IMG/VR virus record: IMGVR_UViG_3300029288_000170
Location: 4,003 to 68,002 of that record
Source: a virus
Taxonomy: Duplodnaviria > Caudoviricetes
Length of the DNA stretch: 64,000 bases
Reading direction: 5' to 3' (one strand)
Shown here: one piece after another, positions 29,598 through 37,907 of the stretch
Layout: each line of letters opens with the position of its first letter
How positions within the stretch are numbered: the stretch's first letter is position 1
Program-made: the position numbers and the translations under genes
The notes under the pieces: model-generated
What the model was told of the DNA's origin: nothing
Seen by the model: the letters and a program-made list of their open reading frames with translations, nothing else
The model's database searches: none

Positions 29598-29939
29598 ATG
29601 AATAAAGTAAAGAAATTTATGGTTAAAACGTGTGTTTTTGTGGTTATTTTATTAGGTTTGGCCGTTTATATGGATCAAAGTTATGCTGCTTGTCGATCAT
29701 CCTATCAAGTTAAGAAGTTTAAGAGACTGACCGGATACCCTAATGGTAGAAAAGGTTATGTGGTGGATCATAAATGTAGCTTGTTTAATGGAGGGATTGA
29801 CAAACCTAGTAATATGCAATGGCAAACAATTTTAGATAGTAAAGCTAAAGATAAAGTAGAGAATACACAGTTAGGTAAACAATGGTATTGTGATGAATTT
29901 AATTCCACCAAAACAAGACAAGTGTTTAACTGTAAGTAA
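29598..29939 (+). CDS. HNH-like protein with N-terminal signal/TM segment
   Basis: Hydrophobic FVVILLGLAVY then GYVVDHKCSLFNGGIDKPSNMQWQT. Confidence 0.65.
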   Translation: MNKVKKFMVKTCVFVVILLGLAVYMDQSYAACRSSYQVKKFKRLTGYPNGRKGYVVDHKCSLFNGGIDKPSNMQWQTILDSKAKDKVENTQLGKQWYCDEFNSTKTRQVFNCK

Positions 29940-29953
29940 GTGTGTTAACAAAT

Positions 29954-29989
29954 GCAAGCTAGACTCTCACACAAATTTGTCTAGCTTGC
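29954..29989. terminator. Hairpin at convergence of late and early transcription
   Basis: GCAAGCTAGAC-N14-GTCTAGCTTGC, 11-bp perfect stem. Confidence 0.6.
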
Positions 29990-30022
29990 CTTCGCCACAT
30001 ATCCGAAATAACCTATAAAGGT

Positions 30023-30214
30023 TTAAACCACCAACACAACAAAACCTAACTTTTCCAACTTCTTAGCTAAACCTAATGTTGTTACTGGTTTAGCTTTCCT
30101 CTTACTTCTTCTTTTCAGCATATAGTGTACCCAATCCCACTTATCTATATACACTAAGTTATCTCTTAATGATTTAACTAAACCCAATCTTTGTAATGTC
30201 TCTATTGCTTTCAT
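30023..30214 (-). CDS. Small basic protein (63 aa), possible DNA-binding
   Basis: Lys/Arg-rich; IETLQRLGLVK and LAKKLEKLGFV resemble winged-helix ends; has own promoter. Confidence 0.5.
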   Translation of the reverse strand: MKAIETLQRLGLVKSLRDNLVYIDKWDWVHYMLKRRSKRKAKPVTTLGLAKKLEKLGFVVLVV

Positions 30215-30230
30215 ATTATTCTTATCTTTA

Positions 30231-30280
30231 GGTGTACGTAATTAAAGTTTTATTGTACACCTTTTTAAACAGCTAGTCAA
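30231..30280 (-). promoter_or_regulatory. sigma70 promoter of the 63-aa gene with GGTGTAC/GTACACC inverted repeat over the -10
   Basis: Minus strand TTGACT-N17-TACAAT (30280-30252); GGTGTAC at 30231 and GTACACC at 30255. Confidence 0.6.
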
Positions 30281-30299
30281 CTAACATTTAAAGTCAGTC

Positions 30300-30360
30300 G
30301 GGGGATAAACTGTACACTTTTCGGGATTTTTTGTACACTTTTCGGGATAAAATGTACACC
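30300..30360. repeat. Three 21-bp-period direct repeats (iteron-like)
   Basis: GGGAT-N4-TGTACAC(TTTTC) with TGTACAC starting at 30311, 30332, 30353. Confidence 0.85.
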
Positions 30361-30397
30361 CTGTTTTTTCACGAACCCAGTAAAATCAAGGCTTCCA

Positions 30398-30413
30398 GGG
30401 GCCCCGACCGCCC
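30398..30413. other. Candidate cosN (cohesive-end) site
   Basis: GGGGCCCCGACCGCCC GC island; 30399-30410 matches lambda GGGCGGCGACCT at 9/12; genome encodes GpA-type terminase. Confidence 0.35.
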
Positions 30414-30696
30414 TATGATATGTATATGAAAGAAAATCAAAAGCAAACAAAATTTTCTTTATTTCATAAGCTAGTTCTCACAACACAACTAATAACTTAG
30501 ATAACAACCTAAAGGCCGTGGCGGTGGGTGTGCGTTACTCACCACTCAAAACAACTACTAGTTTAAATTAACTACTATAAACAAGTAACAACAGTTAATC
30601 TAACAACCACTGTTCAGGGCCAGACAAGCTGGCAACTTAACTATATAACCTATTATATATATATATAAATATATAAATAGAAAGTAGAAGTAAGCA

Positions 30697-31080
30697 CTAT
30701 TCAGGGTCGGTTCCCGACAAACCTAATATATCTCTTTTATAAACTTCCGTCCTACCACTAGATATAAAACTAATACCCTTCGCCCTATCTTCTTTAAACA
30801 ACCTATGTAAATTCTGTTCTATATTATAAAGAACTATAAAAGGTTGAGTTGTTGAGGTCGCAATAACATTAACTTGTATAAATAAAGGAACTTTTAACTC
30901 TTTAACACGCTCTTCAACTGTCCTTGTTGTAATTCCAAGTTTATAATAAACCTTTTTACCATAAATAAACTGCAAGTAATACAGTTTGGATGGTTTATAG
31001 TATGACACTCCTTTCTGTTTAGGCTTGTACTTACGACTATAACACCCTTCCGCCCCTATTAATTGTATAACCTTGTCCAT
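30697..31080 (-). CDS. GIY-YIG / T5orf172-like endonuclease
   Basis: LYYLQF...YKLGITTRTVEERVKEL...IEQNLHRLF...GRTEVY pattern. Confidence 0.65.
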   Translation of the reverse strand: MDKVIQLIGAEGCYSRKYKPKQKGVSYYKPSKLYYLQFIYGKKVYYKLGITTRTVEERVKELKVPLFIQVNVIATSTTQPFIVLYNIEQNLHRLFKEDRAKGISFISSGRTEVYKRDILGLSGTDPE

Positions 31081-31303
31081 TTCAATACCTTATTTATATA
31101 AATAAAGTAAGTTTAACAGGTAAACAAGGTGCGAAGCAAGTATTTAGTTGTTATTTATAACTGTTGTTGGACTTTTGGGGAAAATTTGGTATGTACTCTA
31201 TGTCCACGTGTAAACTTTACGCATATAGATTTTGTTGTTCGGAGTACCTTTCTTAATGTTATTAAAGTACATCCATGTACATTAGTGGTAAGCTTGTCGC
31301 CGG

Positions 31304-31742
31304 TTAGATAATCACATTACAAGCTTTAAGAACTGAATAACACACTTCGTCCAAGGGCGTTAATTGTATTGCTGTATAGATTGCATCATCTTCATTGTCA
31401 AAAGTTGCAATGATTAAATTGTTATTATCTATAACTAACCAAGTATCATTGTATTTGTACTTAGTATGATCTACGTCTTTTATTATTTTATTTAACATGG
31501 GCTTATCCTTAAGCTGGTTTGCGTAAAGTAATTGTAAGCATGATTCCAAAGTTATCTTTAATTACTTGAACTTCATGGAACATAACTTCCAAAGAGTTAA
31601 TTAAACAGTTTAGCTTCCATTCATCCAAGTCTGTATATATAGCAATTGTTCTTTCATTTTTAGAACTAATCTGGTCAATTTCATTAACACCATAGTTCAT
31701 TAATACTATTCTTAAATATTCGTTTATTTGTTTAGTTGTCAT
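31304..31742 (-). CDS. Two small hypothetical early-type proteins (31509..31742, 31304..31549)
   Basis: ORF track; directly downstream of consensus promoter at 31799-31826. Confidence 0.55.
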
Positions 31743-31798
31743 GATAATTTCCTACTAGATTAAAGGGTTATTTGTTAATTCCCGTCTGGGATGGCTCC

Positions 31799-31826
31799 AT
31801 TATATCAAGTTAGCTAATCTTGTCAA
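31799..31826 (-). promoter_or_regulatory. Consensus sigma70 promoter
   Basis: TTGACA-N16-TATAAT with extended -10 TG. Confidence 0.8.
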
Positions 31827-31895
31827 GTAGCTTATCTAATTAGCCATAACTCGCACATAACATACTTTACCCTAGGCTTACAAACTTTTAGCTTA

Positions 31896-32042
31896 AAATA
31901 AATATCTTGACAAAGTAAAATATCGTCGTAGCGAGGCGTTTAATAGATAAGCTAAACAAGTGTATTGGGTACTAGTTAAACGTGGCGCTATGAGCATTTT
32001 TTAGTTTGTCAATACTGCGTAGCGTAAATAAATATCTTGACA
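31896..32042 (+). repeat. 17-bp direct repeat AAATAAATATCTTGACA x2
   Basis: Perfect copies at 31896-31912 and 32026-32042 in a non-coding gap. Confidence 0.85.
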
Positions 32043-32109
32043 GTTAGTTGTTTATTGTACTAGCTAGTTTATATAATTAAATGATAATAAACTAATGTAA
32101 AAGGGCATT

Positions 32110-32140
32110 AAAAAGGCCAGATATTGAAGTATCTAGCCTT
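32110..32140 (-). terminator. Rho-independent terminator
   Basis: Minus strand AGGCTAGATA-cttcaa-TATCTGGCCT then TTTT. Confidence 0.75.
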
Positions 32141-32173
32141 GTTTGTATGTATATGTGCGCCCATGTCGCCGGT

Positions 32174-32317
32174 TTAATAGTTTGTGTAGATAAATCCGGT
32201 ATTAACTAAATCAACCTGAGATCGAATCATGTTATAAGGGCTTGTTGAACTTGCAGGTAAGGTAGTGCATCCGGTTAAAGCTACAATAACAAGTACAAGA
32301 ATGAGTTTATTATACAT
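32174..32317 (-). CDS. Small lipoprotein (47 aa), not in ORF track
   Basis: MYNKLILVLVIVALTGC-TTLPASS...; LTGC lipobox; overlaps stop of upstream ORF; followed by terminator. Confidence 0.7.
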   Translation of the reverse strand: MYNKLILVLVIVALTGCTTLPASSTSPYNMIRSQVDLVNTGFIYTNY

Positions 32318-34252
32318 TTGAGTCACCTATAACACGTTCTAGCATGGCTTTTGCTGTACCTAATGCGTCCTGTTTATCGTCTGTGTAGTATGTTGAATCA
32401 GATTGTCTGACTCCATTAACAGTCAGTACACAATAGTATTCTTTTATGTCACTATTATATTTAACCTGCACGTAGGTTGTTAAATGTAAGATGGACTTAC
32501 TTTCAATTAATTTAATGTTACGTATAGACACAGCTATTCTCCAATTACTTTATTAATTTCGGATTGATGATAGTTGTTAGCGGCCTTGACATAGTTAACT
32601 AAAGGATATGCTACGCAAGCAACAACAACTAATAACAAGATTGTTTTTATAGTAACGTCGATTAAATGTTCTAGGATATTGTTCATAAACTAACCTTTAA
32701 TAATTAAAGTAACTGCACCGGATTGTTTATTGTAAGGTTTAAATTGAATGTCTAAAGCATCTGCTCTATTAACAAAGCGTTCTAGCTCTATATCAGTTAA
32801 ACCATAAAATGTAATGCTATTATCACCTAAGTTTGAGATATAACCAGCTATATGTTGCCCAGTAGCTATATTTATTAATTTATCTATATTATTCATATTG
32901 AAACCTTTATAAAGTAAATGATTAAAGCAATTAATGGTAGGATAACTAAAGTAATCATGATTAATGTCCTGTAAATTAGTTAAGTTAGACTATAGGTTAT
33001 AGTAGTTTAATCTAATTGCCAAGCCCGAAGGCAAAATAAAACCCTAAAAGCTTGTAGGCTAATAGGGTTTATTGTGAGCTTGTCCTTTATCCTTCTATTG
33101 GTTCAACCGTAAATCCTCTTAAAACTAATTGTAGAAAGGATTTAAGGCATGTTTTGTTAAGGTTTATGTAAGCGATTGTACGGCCATTTTTAATTAGCTT
33201 GTGTTTCATGTTTAAATTCCTTTATTGCTTGCCGATACGCTTTTCTAGCTTCTGTTAAAGTGTCGTAACAATCCCATAAAAGGCTTTCACGGTTTAAACC
33301 ACAATCCTTATATACTTTAATATGGAAACAGCCATCAAGGCTTAATTCAACTATTATTGTGTCGTCGTGTAGTTTCTTTTGTTGCAAATAACCACAAGCT
33401 AAAGAATATAAAGTCAAACTACCGTCTTTGTTTTTAAACTTATCTTTAGTTGGTTTCATAAACCTAAAACCCGTTTAATTGTTTGATCTGTTTTTGCAGT
33501 AGAAATAAAAGCGAATGGCGGCCAATGTCCCCAACGGCCAATAATATATTGTTTACATTCGGACTTAGTTGTCCAATTAGTCATTAAAGTGTACTTACTA
33601 TCAGAATCTTTTGTTATAACTCTGTATTGTTTAGACATAACTATTCCACCAATTCAAATAAATGATTGTTTGTATGGTCAATGTATCCATAGTTGTATAG
33701 ACCATGTTTAATAGGCAGTTTGAACTCATCCGGGCGTGTTTTCCATGTTTTAATGGAACCATTAACGCGCCAGTTAATAGGTTTAGCTAAAACAGTTTCA
33801 TTAAGATAATGTTTATACATTCTCATATTTGAATCATGTTTAACTATGTAATCCGGGCCGTAGGTTCTAACTTGTTTAATAACTTGACCGTGTTTAAGGT
33901 TTAAAGCTTGCTCTTTAGTAATCATTTATCGTTCTCCAAACTCTTTACAGCCTTTATAATTTACATCTCTAATATTTTTAGAGATATAAATACCTGCTTT
34001 TCCGAAGTCAAAACCATATAAATTAATATCTTTTAAGCGTTTGTAGGTTTTAGATACAGCTTCCAGACATACTATATAAGGATGATTATCATAACCTATT
34101 TGCATAGGTATATAAATGATGTTGTCATGATCTTTATTAACTATTACTTGAGCCGAAAAGTAGGTATTGCCTGCTGTTTTATCCCAATACGATCTTATGT
34201 GGAACTCAATAATAGTTCTAACTGGTTTAGGTAGTGCTTTTATTCTTGGCAT
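32310..34252 (-). CDS. Cluster of small hypothetical early-type genes (32310..32531, 32534..32686, 32690..32896, 33190..33459, 33456..33638, 33641..33925, 33926..34252)
   Basis: Tightly packed co-oriented 50-108 aa ORFs with RBSs; no recognisable families. Confidence 0.6.
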
Positions 34253-34273
34253 GATGACACCTTTTAGGTTGAT

Positions 34274-34300
34274 AAAGGGTATACGGTAATATACCCTTTT
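34274..34300. terminator. Terminator hairpin after the 267-aa gene
   Basis: AAAGGGTATA-cggtaa-TATACCCTTT(T). Confidence 0.7.
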
Positions 34301-34314
34301 ATTTAAGTTATTGA

Positions 34315-35118
34315 CTAAGCTGGTTCTGTTTCTTTAGTTTCTTTCTTAGGTAGTTCTTTGAAATAGACTGAAATAACACCTTTATCGGCCAAAAAGTCTG
34401 CATTGATAAAGCTATAACCTAAAGTTGTGAGTCTGTTTTGTAGGTCTTTAGCATTACTTACATCTACATAAGCTGTAAGACTATCACCAGCAGGCAAAAT
34501 GTTAGTGAAACCATCATCAGTTAAGGCGGCAAACTTAGCGGCTAAAGCTTGTTCCTTATCTACCATTACAGAATAAGTTTCTCTGTTCGTTTCAGTAATG
34601 AATAAATCTTGATAGGCTTTAAGCAGTTCTACAGCTTCATTGTATTTCTTAGTTATATCTGCTTTAGTTGCGCTTGCTGGTATGTCACCATCTAGATTGA
34701 TAACTGCTGTATCTAAACTTAGTAACTCATCCGCTAATTCAATATTAGCAAGGTTAAGTACAACGGCATTTTTTAGGTAATCATCCGAAGTAATGTTCGA
34801 ACCCGTTGGAATTGGCTTAGAAAATGTTTTAGTTCCTTTACCGGCATTGTTCTGGTGTGCTACGCCAAGATAACCGAGTTCCATAGCCTTTAAAGTTTTA
34901 GACAAAGACTCTAATGATGTCTTTTTGCCTTCGGATGCAAGCATTTGAATCAGTTTTGCTTTTTGAATAGAGTCGGAAAGTGTAAAGCTGCCTACAGACT
35001 CTATTGATAATGTGTTTTCATCCACAAAAGTATATGCTTCTGCAATGTCGGTTGTCTTGCCAACTCCAATAGCATTAGAGGATAAAATGTTTTTAACTGA
35101 TTCTGTAATTGTGTTCAT
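34315..35118 (-). CDS. Hypothetical 267-aa protein, first gene after the promoter hub
   Basis: ORF track; GGAG RBS; high-expression codon usage. Confidence 0.7.
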   Translation of the reverse strand: MNTITESVKNILSSNAIGVGKTTDIAEAYTFVDENTLSIESVGSFTLSDSIQKAKLIQMLASEGKKTSLESLSKTLKAMELGYLGVAHQNNAGKGTKTFSKPIPTGSNITSDDYLKNAVVLNLANIELADELLSLDTAVINLDGDIPASATKADITKKYNEAVELLKAYQDLFITETNRETYSVMVDKEQALAAKFAALTDDGFTNILPAGDSLTAYVDVSNAKDLQNRLTTLGYSFINADFLADKGVISVYFKELPKKETKETEPA

Positions 35119-35180
35119 TTGGAAACTCCAGTTTATTTTTAGGTTTAAGGTTTAAGTTAGTTGCTTCTAACTTGAGTTCT

Positions 35181-35450
35181 ATTTTAATTTAATTTTTACA
35201 AGCTTGTCAAATTTATTTTTAGCTTGTTTCAAAGTCCGTTTACTGTATAACTGTTTGTCGAAGTCCTTGATGGAGAATTATATACATATTGTGGTAAGTG
35301 TCAATAGGTTTAGTTATTTATTTTAGTGTTTGGTAGGTTTAGTTAGTTGTGGGTAGAGTAGATAGGATAAGCAAGGATCGTGCCAATCGGTGTGTGAGCG
35401 TATATAAATGAAGCGGGCGCGCGAATACCGGAATTTTGGATGATTGTCAA
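35181..35450 (-). promoter_or_regulatory. Three tandem leftward sigma70 promoters
   Basis: TTGACA-N18-TAAAAT (35210-35181), TTGACA-N16-TATAAT (35304-35277), TTGACA-N17-TATTCG + GC-rich discriminator (35450-35422). Confidence 0.7.
35370..35386 (-). promoter_or_regulatory. sigma54 (RpoN) -24/-12 promoter
   Basis: Minus strand TTGGCACGATCCTTGCT = TGGCAC-N5-TTGCW consensus; the only such match I found in the window; non-coding. Confidence 0.7.
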
Positions 35451-35539
35451 GCCTTCGGCAATGATTTTAAATGGTAAGATGTTTTATCGTTTTGAAGTTG
35501 GGAGTTAGTTGTTGTTGTTAGTTGTATGTATAGGTGTTA

Positions 35540-35631
35540 GTGGATGTAGGTCGCCAAAGGAAGGAGGTTGTTAGATACTTTAGTAAAATTGGGTCGCCGA
35601 AATTTATATATGTTAGTGTTTGGGTCGCCAG
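35540..35631 (+). repeat. 92-bp element, copy 1 of a long-range perfect inverted repeat
   Basis: Base-by-base reverse complement of 63909-64000; contains three GGTCGCC boxes (35549, 35592, 35623). Confidence 0.95.
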
Positions 35632-35732
35632 TTGAACTAGCTAATTAAGATTTAGTATTTAGTTTAATAAGGGCATTTTAGTAGTTTATGATAAGGTAGA
35701 TTACCAATTAAAACTAAATAAAGGAAGATAGA

Positions 35733-35747
35733 TGAGAATGATTCTCA
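35733..35747. promoter_or_regulatory. Fur-box-like 7-1-7 palindrome
   Basis: TGAGAAT-G-ATTCTCA; 12/14 to TGATAATnATTATCA. Confidence 0.55.
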
Positions 35748-36032
35748 ACAATTATTTGATTTGAGCGTCGATAAATTTACCTGTACCTACGTATTAGTAA
35801 ATCTAGTTCGCCAGAATTTGGAAGGATTTGGTGGGTAGGTTTGCACATCCTTGTGCAGTTGTGGATCAGTCGAAAATCTTTTTAATATAAGAAGTTACAA
35901 ACAACACCACTAAAATAACTACAAAAGCTATCTTGTCCAACATCTAGTTTATCTCCTATTAAAAGGCCAATAGTAAACATAACTGCTATTGTCATTACTA
36001 TAATATAACATTCGAGAAGTAGTTTAGTCATA

Positions 36033-36722
36033 TTAGCCACATTTAGAGTATCCGCACTCTAAGCAAGTATCACATCCATCTAACTTTACTACTGATATAT
36101 TATTACAATCAGGACATTGTTTAGCATTTGTGTACCCTTTTTTAACTTCTCCTATAGTTAATTCACCCTCACTTGGTACAATAGCATCTTCCAAGGCTAC
36201 TACATACTTTTTAGGTTCTTTATTGCAATTGTTTATATCATCTAAACTATCTAAATGGAGTTTAATAATATCACCAATTTCATTAACTAATGATTGATAG
36301 TATTTACCTTTACCTGTTACTTTGTCTTTACTCCAATAACCACCACTAGGACTATGAATTGCAGCTAGTTCATCAATGATAAATCTAGTATCACCTCCCT
36401 TGCGGAAGATAGCTGAGATTAATCTAGTTAAAGTAGCTGTCCATTCAAAATGTTTAGTATCTTTGGAGTTAATAAACACTTCGAAAGGATAAACTTTGTT
36501 ATCAATCTCTATGTTATTTATAGTTATATAGTAGCTGAATTGGCCGTTAGGTTTTATTTTGTAGGTAGTTCCTGCTAGTATCTCCTCTCTAGCTACACCT
36601 TCATGGATACCTACAGGTTCCGGTACTGTAATTTCTAGCCTATCTGCACTTTGGTCTACTCCTTTTACTTTCTTTACTTGTTGATCTACTATTTTTTGTG
36701 TTATTTTTAATGGTTCGGTCAT
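36033..36722 (-). CDS. nrdJb: NrdJb-like (TSCPD domain) class II ribonucleotide reductase small subunit
   Basis: GTTYKIK...YITIN...PFEVFINSK...LTRLISAIFRKGGD...GGY and C-terminal CPDC...GCDTCLECGYSKCG. Confidence 0.8.
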   Translation of the reverse strand: MTEPLKITQKIVDQQVKKVKGVDQSADRLEITVPEPVGIHEGVAREEILAGTTYKIKPNGQFSYYITINNIEIDNKVYPFEVFINSKDTKHFEWTATLTRLISAIFRKGGDTRFIIDELAAIHSPSGGYWSKDKVTGKGKYYQSLVNEIGDIIKLHLDSLDDINNCNKEPKKYVVALEDAIVPSEGELTIGEVKKGYTNAKQCPDCNNISVVKLDGCDTCLECGYSKCG

Positions 36723-37278
36723 TTATCTTTCCTAACTAAGTTCAATCCACGATTAGCATAATAAATAATCTTATTAATTTCCCTTTCTTCGGAAGCAAAC
36801 TCACCTTTTTTAGCTCTTTCGTTTATAGCATAGTTAGCTTTCATAACTTCATGCTGCCAAGGTTTCATTTGTTTATACTCTATTAAATCATTAAGTGTTT
36901 GTGGACATAACTTTAATATTTCGTCAATAGCTTGCTCTACACTTAAACTAGAGGTTATCAAAATGGTTCTTAACTTATCTCTGTCAGGTAAAGGTAAGTC
37001 GTAGTAGTTAGTCTTTCCTCCGTTGTTTTCTGAACTCATAAACTTAACTTCCTTTTATAGTAAGCGTCTAAGTTATCAGCGAATGGTTGGTAATTATCGG
37101 ATACATTTGTGTGGTTGCTTGTTAACTTATTTCTAATTATACTTCCATCAAAGTTAGTACTATCTAGTATACCTGAGTGATTGAATATGTTGTAAAAGTC
37201 TTGTACTTCTTGTAAAGTTTCTAAGGTAATTTCTAATACAACGGGTTTAAACTCTGGTGTTTTTTGTTCTACTTTCAT
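36719..37278 (-). CDS. Two hypothetical proteins (36719..37039, 37036..37278)
   Basis: ORF track; first begins GGKTNYYDLP, reminiscent of DUF3310-like phage proteins. Confidence 0.45.
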
Positions 37279-37907
37279 TTCTTTTTACCTTTTAAAATTG
37301 TTTGGAATTCATATAGTTTTTGCCAACTATCAATCGCAGGAATAAACTCTAATAGCTTCTTTAGTAACATAACAGTCTTAACTGTATCTGTAAAACTATC
37401 ATGTTTATCTTTAACTACTTTTCTAGCTTCTTCACCATAAAAATGAACTATTAAATTATCTTGTTTATGTGAGTCGAAGTTTAGTTTAAAGTGTTTGTCA
37501 ATTACTTTAGCCAATTCCATTGTACAAATTAACTTAACATCCGGTTTCCCTAAACATCTATGGTCAAACTTAATGTTATGTCCTAACATATACTTTACTG
37601 TAGGTGAGAAAGTTAATGTTTCTTCTTTCCTACACCCCATTAAGTCTTTATAGTAAATACCATGAACCTTAATTGCTTCTGGGTGAATAGGCATACTAGG
37701 TAAAAACCTTTCAGTATAGGCGATTGCCTGTAAAGCATTTGATAGATAATCTATGTCTACAGACGCTAATTTATTTTTATAGATTACTAAATCTTCGTCT
37801 AAAGGGATAGTTGTTAACTCAATTACTTGTGGACGACCTAATGTTGGATGATTATTTAATCCAGTTGTTTCAACGTCTGCTACTATAACTTCATAATGCT
37901 GTTTCAT
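37275..37907 (-). CDS. DEDD 3'-5' exonuclease (DnaQ-like)
   Basis: VADVETTGL, HGI, GHNIKFD, HDSFTDT motifs. Confidence 0.85.
   Translation of the reverse strand: MKQHYEVIVADVETTGLNNHPTLGRPQVIELTTIPLDEDLVIYKNKLASVDIDYLSNALQAIAYTERFLPSMPIHPEAIKVHGIYYKDLMGCRKEETLTFSPTVKYMLGHNIKFDHRCLGKPDVKLICTMELAKVIDKHFKLNFDSHKQDNLIVHFYGEEARKVVKDKHDSFTDTVKTVMLLKKLLEFIPAIDSWQKLYEFQTILKGKKK

Noticed and set aside
30300-30360. 21-bp repeats as mini-CRISPR or as coding linker of a Rep gene
   Set aside because: No unique spacers; the minus-strand frame GCTFYPEKCTKNPEKCT has no start codon and is closed by stops.
30697-31080. GIY-YIG-like gene as novel system
   Set aside because: Free-standing endonucleases of this type are common phage passengers; no intron or partner gene evident.
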